From Klebsormidium nitens (taxonomy: Eukaryota > Plantae > Klebsormidiophyceae), in the NCBI GenBank assembly GCA_000708835.1, contig DF237116.1:99117-163116 (forward strand): 64,000 bases of DNA, written 5' to 3'. The translations under genes and the position numbers were made by a program. Shown in pieces: positions 54,780 to 64,000 of the stretch (position 1 is the first letter of the stretch; each line of letters opens with the position of its first letter). The notes below the pieces were generated by a model that was not told where the DNA came from, ran no database searches, and saw only the letters and a list, made by a program, of their open reading frames with translations.

Positions 54780-56810
54780 GCCGCAGCCTGCGGTGATGCA
54801 CTTAGAAAAGTCGGCTTCTGTGTTGTAAGAGCTGCGTGCCCGGTCGAACGGAGAGTTTTGCTCGGATTAGCCAATTCCAGTCAACATATATGGCTGAGAT
54901 TTGAAAAGGACTGGGAGAACTTGAAGCCATGGCAAGGAGGAAAGCGTTTACCGGGTGTTGAAATCATCGGCCCAGTAGAGCAACCACTGCTAACTGCCTG
55001 GCTAACATCATATCCTGGCCAGCAACTTGTGCCGACAATGCCAGCATACAATGCATCATGCACCGCACTTTTGTACTTCCGCGCTCAACCCACCACGTGC
55101 ATAGAGACGGACACCGCAACTTCTCTGAGAATTTCGATGCGCTCGATAGCCTATTTATGCCGCATGCAGGCTTCCGGCCTTCATTTATGGCTGAAAACTC
55201 GCGTGTGCTTAAGTCTGTAAGTCAACGAGGTTTCCATGTGCAGTGGTCAAAAAGGCCAGGACGAAGCAGCGACGTACTGGGACACCATCCCCCCAGTCGT
55301 CATCTGGTGATGGGTCCTTTTCGAAGCTAGCCTGATCAACCGAAAGTCACCTTCTTATAAGCAGGGTTCGACCTATACCAATAGTAATGATGCTAGAGAT
55401 CGATGTCGTCGGATCTGATCGGCGATAAGTGGCAGTGACGACCTAGCGCACACGCTTTGTTAAAAGACGTCTTTCTGCTAGAATGGTCGATTCCGTCCGT
55501 TACTTGAAGAGCCTTTCAAAACACTTTGAGTCGGAAGAACATGGAAAGTCAACATCGTGGCATCAACTTGGCAAGCATGACACCTGGGCTATTGCTCAGC
55601 TTTCCAGGCTACTACAAGACACGCACTCCTCTGATATTGCATTGAATGAACTTGAGCTGATCCCTTCTCGTCGAGCTTGCTCTCATCTGAGATTTCTGTA
55701 CAGTTGATAATTCATTCTACCGATCAAGAGATTCTGCCCGTGGCAAGGGGAGTCACCGCCTGCGGAGTGCCAAAAAGCTCATTGCAGCCATGTTCATTCG
55801 TTTATCACAGAATTCTCGATGCCCGGGCGCCGCGGGTAGTAAAATCCTTCGCCAAAACGGCCACGCGTACGTGTCTGTGAAAAGACAGTACCTCCGGCAG
55901 TACCTCTCGCTGAAGATGCAACACGTGTCTTGAGGCTTTTCACTTCTCCGTCCCAAGCTGGGAGAAAAGAAGGCCCTTAATATTCTCGTTCTCGAAGGCG
56001 CACCGCGTATACAGTACGTTTATTTGGCCTTCACGCGCCTTTTTACATTTTGCCCCGCCCCGCCCGGTTCTGTCCCGCGACAGTTTTAGTATTATGGTCG
56101 GTCCGCTTGATCAGAGTCGTAAACGAGACAAAAGCCTGGTGAGGCAAATAGAGACGTTTCTGTACGTTCGCCAAATTCCACTTGGGCTTCAAGCAAAAAA
56201 GGAAAGGATCGAACGGTGCGATGGCAAGGAGGAAGGGCCGCCGGGTCTCCATGGTCCCATATGCATGGAGTTGCATGCAGGTCCAATCCGATTGGCCGCG
56301 GATATTCTAGCTTGTCAAGCGAGCAACTCGTCTCTTTAGATCAGCTTAGAATGTACTGCATGCACGTCTTTGAGCTGTACGACGTACCGTTCCGCCGCGT
56401 CCGCATGCTGGTGCATTGAGGTTACAACGGAACGAAGGACTTCTGTGTGAATCTGGATGCGTCAGTGCCCAATTGCCGCCGCCGACGCTCTCAATCTACG
56501 TTTCTCAACAGAAAAAACTTCAATCTTCTCAGATTACAGCGGTCGTACAGGCGGTGACGAAGCATACTGGGACAAATATATTTCCCCATGCAAACGTCTC
56601 AGGCGACCCCTATTGGGCTCGGACGCCTGATCTAGTTAGCGCCGAGGGAGTGATCAAGTTAAGCTCGTTGCGAAGGGTATTGGTCTCCCCACCACTGGCC
56701 AGCAGCCGACCGCACGAATGCGGCTGGTTTCTAGATGGATCTGCAATGTTTAATAATGGCCACGTTTCGGGTCACGCTTTGGAAATTTCGCCTGCCGGAT
56801 GCATATGAAT
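54780..56810 (+). pseudogene. Possible decayed coding relic, family unrecognised
   Basis: A protein-like frame runs from ~54780 (ACGDALRKVGFCVVRAACPVE..WLRFEKDWENLKPWQGG) through isolated stops (YWDTIPPVVIW*WVLFEASL). Adjacent same-strand ORFs are 55483-55707 and 56416-56808. No splice structure or motif recognised. Confidence 0.3.
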
Positions 56811-57329
56811 CAATATCTAGCTTGACGACTCGGACGGGTCAATGGCTAGTTATATACCTGATGCCCTCGTTGGATTCACAAGCGATTCCGAGTCGACGCG
56901 GATACTTTTGTCTCCCTCAGTTGGCCCTTAATAGGCTTAGAAGACGGTGAGACGTAAGAAGAGGCGAGGATGCCGGCAATAGATAAAAGCATGTCTGTGG
57001 GCTTGTAGCCTACGGTCAAGCACTGGTGCTTCCCCCGGCCGGTCAAGCGAAGCGAATTTCGAGTATGTTTCAAAACGGTCCCATATTCCGAGTTGCCGTC
57101 GATCCGGCCAAACACGTCCCCTTCTTCATGTGGGCTTTGAATGGCAAGGACGAGGGTGCATTCAATTTGATACTGGTTTGGGGAGATACTTGCCTCATAA
57201 CCGTGCCGATGACACCAACCAGACGCCATACATTTTGCCAGCTTCGCTGGTGGACGCCACAATTTGTTGCAGCACGGCCCACTGCATATTTGCTCTGCTA
57301 CAGAAACTCGATTGCAAAAAGCAAAAAGC

Positions 57330-58340
57330 GCGCCGCTAGCGTGCGCGATTTTGAACGCTCAAAGCGACAGGTAGCGCGCCACCGAAAAACCGCCGGACGC
57401 CCAGCGGCCAGCGCGCGCGGGCAGCCTCCGACGAAGCGCTTTCGCGTCCGCTTCCGCTGAGGTCCTATGCCCAGTGCGCTGGCTTGAACCATTTCATGCT
57501 GACGTAGCGCCGTAAATGCGGCCGCCTGCCATGCTACATTCAGCGCACGGCCGCGCTTGCGAGCCGCGCGCGTACTTCCGCTGCCTTGCGCGCTTGACCA
57601 GGCCAGACTGCCGGGCCCGCGCGTCGGGCAGCGTCCAGAATAAAAAGGGCGACAAATACATGCCTGATCAGTCGCCCAGATCGTAAGAAGTGAAATCTGA
57701 TGTGCACAAACCTCTTCGCCGCGACGTGTCGGCCTTTGGGATGTGCGGACGTGATCCGACGTCTCAGTCTTTGTTTTCCCGAAAGCAGTTCTCAAAAGCC
57801 TTGTCGCAAACCTGGATGTGCAGTTTAATCGGGCTGTTTTTGATGGAGTATCCGAAGGCAGTGACGAACATGATCAGATGGGGCGTCAATACCTCACTGA
57901 CGAGCTCCTAGTACTTAATGCCGGTCGCACCTTCGGATTCACCGTTTTCCTTGCGGTCTCTCCACAAACATTAATGATTTATTCGCAGAAAAGTACATTG
58001 AGCTCTAGGGATATTTTTGAATTGCGAATTCGCCCCATCAGAAGGCCGTAACTCCTTCTCAAGTGCCATTAAAGGCGCCCCTTCTGCGGCCGCCGCTCGC
58101 GGTCCGGAAAACCTCCGAATCTTTTTCACGCAGCTCCGGCCGAGCTTGCGTTGAAACCGACCGGGGTTGCCTTCGCTCATAAGGGGCTGCAGCGTGCGCG
58201 CGTTCCGCCGGACGCGCGGCACGGGCGCGCGGATCGTGTGGACAGCAGTACACGTATAGCCCGGCGGCCGTGGCAGCGCGCCAAAACACCTGCGCTCTCG
58301 GAGCTGGTTTAGTTTCGACCAGTATAAATATTGTAGCGGG
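57330..58340. promoter_or_regulatory. CpG/GC-rich island with TATA-like element (promoter- or LTR-like)
   Basis: Dense CGCG/GCGC tracts at 57330-57640 and 58075-58310, with TATAAATA near 58323. No downstream coding exon identified. Confidence 0.3.
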
Positions 58341-60518
58341 GTCGAGAATACTCGTACGTTCGTTTTGCTCAGTGGTTCCACTATTTAGTTCCAAGATTTG
58401 AACGTCCTGCTGTTTTGTCAGAGCTAACAGGGCCAGGACGGGCGGCTTTTAGAGGTGACTTAAATCCTCAAGAGGAGGCCAGAATAACACTTCGCTGAGG
58501 CCCCAAAAGCTTCCCTCTGTAGAAAGACGGCCACGAAGCATCAAAGCCTGTAATGGACTTTCCAGATTTCACACACAGTTCGACGAGAGCGTCCTAACGT
58601 CCTGACAGCCCCGCTGTTTCATGCAATATCTCCGAGATCACCTCAGAATGCATTATGAAACCGAGTAAGTTTCAGATCGTGTGCATCTGTGGCAGACTTC
58701 TTTAACTCAGCAACGCCTAGCTAGAGACATGGAAGCTCAGGTCGGGCTTCTAAAAGCTCAAACTTCGTTTCAACTCTAGTAGGAGCCAATGGAATTCGCA
58801 TGTTCGTTCCGTTGCACGTCGCACAGAAGCTTTTGACTCAACAAGCGTTGAGACTTCCTGGGGCCGGGCCGGAGGTCGAGACGGTTTTCGTGTCCCGCTA
58901 AATCCTGCTAATCTTGTTGAGTCAATCTGCGACTTCCTTGCCCGCGCAAGATGTGATGGATTGATTCGGAGGCAATTTTTGAGTCGGGCATGTACACTCT
59001 TTGTCCTTAGAAACCTCGAGAAAGGCGGAATCAAAAGCTACGTTTCAAGCAACGTACACGTCTGCAGCCTGTTGCTACTTGACAGTACTCAAGTAATCTC
59101 GGGACTCGCTTAATTGGAGTAGCGGATGATGCAGTGCGTGCCGGGCCGGTCGAGTATTCAATCGACCTCATGCATGCAGGAAAAGTTTGAAAGCCGGGCC
59201 AGTCCTAATTGTCGCTTAGTGGAATTAGTATGATGCACTGATGTTCAGTGACTGGGGCTATGACAGCTAGGCGGTCCCCGTCCCGCGTCGTGACATCATG
59301 ATGCACACAGACGATGCGTGAGGCTGGCGGCCGTGATAGACTGTCGCGGTGCATCTACATAGATGCGTTGAATATGTAAAGCTCCTAATGATTACGTACA
59401 ACTTTATGCGTGCGAGCGGCCGCGCGGATCTGCCTGGCATGCAAAATCTGACGGCTCTCACATATGATCATTCATGCAATCCTGCGCGGCCAGATTCATG
59501 AATCACGATACAGTAAAGTGATCGACGCAAAGTACCGTGACGAAAGGTACTTTTCATGAAGCCGATCAAAGCCCATTAACTTAAGTTATCCAGGACTCAC
59601 AGCTCTGATCAGTCTTGGTGGCCGCGAGCGCCTATCATCGTAGGCTGGTGACCCACGATCGACCAAATTTTTCGTCTTCAATGGGCCGGATCAGTTTGGC
59701 GCAAACTCTTAATCAAGACTAGGGGTGGTCATTTTGATAACTGATGAATTTAGTCAGTACTGTTTGAGCTTATTTTTGTGAACTTGAATCCAACGGTCTG
59801 AACAGGAATGGTTCCAGACTGGACCCTTCTATAAGCCAACGCCGTTGGTGTTTGACAACATTCCATGGCCCCGCCCCGTCGCTTTCCCGTATGCCGCGGG
59901 CCCCCCGGAAGCTCGTGCCGTCCACCTGCAGTCAAAACGCACTGCAAAACATCAGCGAAGCTTGCCAGGTAAGCGAGACTGGCTTCAAAGCTGATCCAGA
60001 CTTACTTTCGGACGTGTCGGACAGGTTTGACTTCTGTACGCGAGCTGCAGACGTGACGGAATTCGGACATGGCTGAAGGGGTTCAAACTTGGTCCACGTG
60101 AAAACCAGACAAAAGGCTGTTTCTCGATCGGTGTTGTCTAGAACGAGATTTCTCATCTGACGGTGTGGGACTTGGAGTTTGCGAACTTCACTTGGTCGTT
60201 GGTCTCTCTGGGTTGAGATTGGCTAATATTGACAATTTGGTCTGATCCAGAATTCAGCTCCTCTACCCAACTCGAATCAAGCTGCCACCATTCCTGTGTG
60301 TCGACTATGTTGTACTGGCTTGCAATTGGACAATCTCCCTGCTCAGATTCAACTATCTGAGACACTGTGTCTCTTCCAAGGTACAGTGAAGCAATTGCAA
60401 AGAGCTTGCAGGAGAAGGCCTGAAGCCTGATAAACATGCTCATTCTGTAAATTGCTAGGGGGAGGAGTTCTCACCTTGAAACACTTGCGAAAAAGGTGGC
60501 ACGTACCCTTTGATAACC

Positions 60519-61643
60519 TCAGATGCCTTCTATAATACCATACTTCTTCAAATCTTGAAAGCCTGCTGTAGGAGTGGTTCTTCTTGCAACTAGATGAGGA
60601 TACTTTGCTGACTCCTTGAGAACAAAGTGAGGTGCCGTGAGGTTTACTCCCAGAATCCGGAAATCTGTGATCTCAGGTTCGCTCTCCCTAGCAACGATGT
60701 CCTTGCCATTCCTGACGGCATCAAATATCCGGGTTGCATTGGTAAAGAATGGCCCGGAGTACTCGTCGTGGGCAAATGTTTCCAGTTTTTCAATGATGCT
60801 GGAAATGTTGGCAAAGTGTTACGAGCAGTGCCACCCCGCATTGTGGATTGTGTTTTCCGCGGCGCTTTCCCTGAGCCATTGGGCTCTCTCAGCCGTGTCC
60901 TCAAAGTCCTTATAGACATCAATCCGGGGACCAACCCAGCTCTGATTGACCTGGAATTCGTAGGAGTAATAAAACAGATGCAGGTTGAACACCGCAGGCA
61001 ATTGAAAGCTCTGTGGGTTGAGCTTCACTTGCGTGACGGCAATTGCGCTGGGGATCTCATCCACATCTGATATCATGAAAATGTCCCCAGCACGGACACG
61101 TCTAGCACCGGGCTCATGGAGCCCAAGCCTAAGAACTGCGTTCCTAAAATACGTCTCCCTAAGCCAGGTATCTGTCTCATTTGTGTTGGGAATTACTATG
61201 TGGATGATTCTATCTACCCACCTCTCAAAGAGTTGCATATTCTGCTGTAAGTACAAAGGCTTGGGCTTGGGTTGAAAGGAATGATCAGCCTCCGTCACGA
61301 CAAAGTAGTCAACCACGCCCTCTAACTCCATCAACCGGATCTTGAGAACCTCCAGCTCATTTGAAAACAGGAAACAGTCGTACAGTCTAGCCTTGCCCCA
61401 GCTATTGGGGTCTTCTGCAGAGTACCTTAGAGAAGTATCATGACCTTCCTGCCGCGTTATGATAGTATGTGCCACAATGTAAGCGCTTTTTGGATTCAAG
61501 GTGCCATTGCGGGGCCCTTTCCAAAAGCAATTGCATCCTGCCTTGGCAGAAAGGTACCCGTTAGTCTGCAGATGTTGCTGGCTGAGATACGCCGCAGTGC
61601 AGAGAAGGCTGACGCCTAATAGATAGGGAAGTGATGCCACCAT
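60519..61643 (-). pseudogene. Intronless GT17-family glycosyltransferase (beta-1,4-mannosyl-glycoprotein 4-beta-N-acetylglucosaminyltransferase-like) with one in-frame TAA
   Basis: N-terminal TM-like segment LPYLLGVSLLCTAAYL. GT17 motifs: YDCFLFSNELEVLKIRLMELEGVVDYFVVTE, ISDVDEIP, LFYYSYEF, AGWHCS. After TAA at 60821-60819 the same frame continues 99 codons (HFANISSIIEKLETFAHDEY..APHFVLKESAKYPHL..) to TGA at 60521-60519. Confidence 0.85.
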
Positions 61644-63588
61644 AGCCCTGCTGTCCAGACGATGCATGATGCTTGGGAAACCCATCCATTCCCCATCCTT
61701 TCTCATGAATCAGCGATCTAGAGACCTCATTCGAATTCAAGGGTCGCTCGAGCCCAACAGACGCTGAAGCTGGGCACCGCTCATCTGACGGTGCAGCAGA
61801 TACCGTGACCGTAGTGAAACGGGCGCGCCATCTTGCGGTCAAAATGTACTGTCACCGCGGCCGTCAACAGGGTATGGAAAGAATGGGTCGCGACTCGCAC
61901 CGTCGATCGAGCTCGGCGGTTGCTAACCTCCAGTTACCACACTTAGTAGCTGACGCAAGCGTGCGAGGGTTTCCCGTAGCCGGGAGTCCGGGACCTCGGG
62001 CCAGCCCCGGCCGTTCAAGTGCTGGTTGGCCGGCAGAAAAGGCAGGCCGCAAGGCACATGGTGGGCTCAGCCGGGCGGCAAAGCCAAATACCGACGACCA
62101 AGCCGACAGAAGCGGGGGGGTGCCGGCAGCCGGCCTGCCAGTACAAAAGTCCGTGCCGAGCACGCAAAGTGCGCCACGTGGCAATCACCGATGCAAAGTT
62201 CGTCGTCACTCGGATTGGAAACCGGCACGGCGCTGGAGTCGAGCCGCCAAAATGCACTGCTCAGTGCTGAGTCCTGAGGTAGTCCGTCGAACCGGTTGGT
62301 CGGCGCCCCGCTAATACTACTAATCCGGGGTCCGCGGCGCGCGCCAGCCGGCCGTGCAGGGCCGTACGGAAGATCCCAACCGTCAAGTAAATACAGCCGC
62401 AGGCGGGCCGGCGTGCCGGCCGGCCGCACTCGGACACTCGGGGTTCACTTCGCGGCCATCATTAAGAAATCTGAGTCGCCCCATCGCTGGGCCTTTTGCC
62501 CTGCCTCCCGTCCGAGTGGACGAAATGTCGCACCCCCAATCCGACGGCGCTCAGTATCGCTGGCTAGAGTCTACAGTGTAGTTCCGACCTTCAGATCACA
62601 CAGCATTCTGCTCATTGACACTGGAATGTCTCTGATTTTGCGAGGGACCGCAGGTCGGAACCGGTACTGTGTGGATCCCTCTTTGGATTGGCCTGGTACC
62701 AACCGCTACAACGAAACCGACCTGTCCAGGTCGCTGAAAACAGCCATTCGGCGACATGATTTATTCAAATGCGTACTAAATTTGAGTGTATACATGTAGT
62801 TTGATAGTTGTCAGTTATTTGATTTTAAACAGCTATCGCGGCGGGCTGAATTATTCAACCGGGCATCATCGAACATGTCAAGTTTCAAACGTCGACCGAA
62901 CCGTACGAACGGTCCGTCGCACGAGTCAAAACTTAAATTTGCGACGTGTCGCGCGATGGACTCGTTAAATCCCTGGCTGATTTAAAAATGGGGACACGTG
63001 GTACAAAATTTGTCAGACAGGTTACGGTGGATGTCAGATATTGAGTACTCAAAGTAAATGTAATGGAGACCGGTCGGTATGACCCGGGCTTGTTTCAGCC
63101 CTTATAATGTAGACTATAACCTGGCATACTGGTCCTGAAACGCTTCCGGGACAAGGGCCGCCGAAAATGCATGAGCTGCGGCTCCGGGAAAGTATCGTAC
63201 CGGGTGTGTCGCTAGCCTGCTCTGAACCTTGCAGTTACCCCGGGGTATAAATCTACCGGGGATACCTAGCTGTACAGCCTCGGTGTACACGGCGACACCA
63301 CCAGTGCGAAAACCGCCGCGCGATGGACCGACCAGTGTCATAATCCACCACACTGCACACTGAAATTGTGAACCTAGTATGAAACAGACTAGTCCGACAG
63401 ATTAGTGTAGAGCGAACCAATCAGATCGCAGTATTCGAGGATGTCGCACCCTTGGACGCTCGGCGGCGGGAGGCAGGGCAAAAGGCCCTAGATCCCCACT
63501 CAGATTTCTTATGGGCCGTTTGACCAGTCTGAGTGGCCACGTTGACCACGTCAGGTACGTACGTCGTCCGACAGCCTCGCGACACTAG

Positions 63589-64000
63589 AGCACCCTAGTA
63601 GCAAAGCCTGAGCGAGCGGCCCGGACCGACCTGCACGTTAACCCCGCCGACCACACGGCGGAGGACGCCGTCTTCACCGACGTCGACCAGGCCGGAAACG
63701 TCATCGTCGGCTTCAGCACTGACCCTGCTGTGGCGCTCCTCTTGACGCGGCTGCACTTCCGCCTGTATCCTGAGGGCGTCGACGTGCCTGCTTCCTCGTT
63801 TGGCGTCACACCACGTCTGCGCGCGGCACTTAACTCCCTGCCCCGCCCGGCCCAGGGCCAATTCACCTTCGATGCGGGCACCTTCACGGCTGCTACCTTT
63901 CCGGCTGTGGACGTGGTCGTCCGACGCACAGTACCACGCTCTGACCGGTGCTGTCGCTGGCCAGCCTGCAGCAGATCCCCCCGCACTGCGCATTGTGGAT
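63589..64000 (+). CDS. Probable coding fragment running off the window edge, unknown product
   Basis: The frame from 63589 (after CACTAG, a possible acceptor) is open to 64000 with strong C/G third-position bias: ..DLHVNPADHTAEDAVFTDVDQAGNVIVGFSTDPAVALLLTRLHFRLYPEGVDVP.. It is absent from the ORF track, presumably because it has no stop in the window. Confidence 0.45.

Noticed and set aside
55325-55385. GGGTTCGACC...ACCA as a tRNA 3' half
   Set aside because: No A box, D arm or acceptor-stem pairing.
62690-63070. AT-rich stretch as another MITE
   Set aside because: It contains CCGTACG internally, but no convincing terminal inverted repeats or TSD were found.

Overview
Eukaryotic, intron-rich nuclear DNA from the green lineage. 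Plant-type protein sequences and a telo-box suggest a streptophyte alga; this is inference. Four spliced genes were reconstructed by hand from GT/AG boundaries and reading phase. They are a 5'-incomplete three-RRM RNA-binding protein (+, 1137-7809), mitochondrial ribosomal protein uL3m (-, 9849-15656), a ~1600-aa unknown CH-like/helical/coiled-coil protein (+, 17128-27959) and 3-hydroxyisobutyrate dehydrogenase (+, ~29846-47302). Also present are an intronless GT17 glycosyltransferase with one in-frame stop (-, 60519-61643), a CDS fragment running off the right edge, two MITE-like elements with CCGTAC termini upstream of genes, a tRNA-like relic and decayed coding-like DNA at 51-57 kb. The most striking unexplained pattern is 'splice-junction echoes'. 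In all four genes, introns contain tandem, degenerate copies of their own exon boundaries: acceptor plus exon start upstream of the real exon, or exon end plus donor downstream of it, with up to five copies per junction. Most spacings are 139-192 nt and cluster near 180 nt, roughly one nucleosome repeat. A similar ~185-nt decayed array lies outside any recognised gene at ~48 kb. All alignments and counts were done by eye; no database searches were run.
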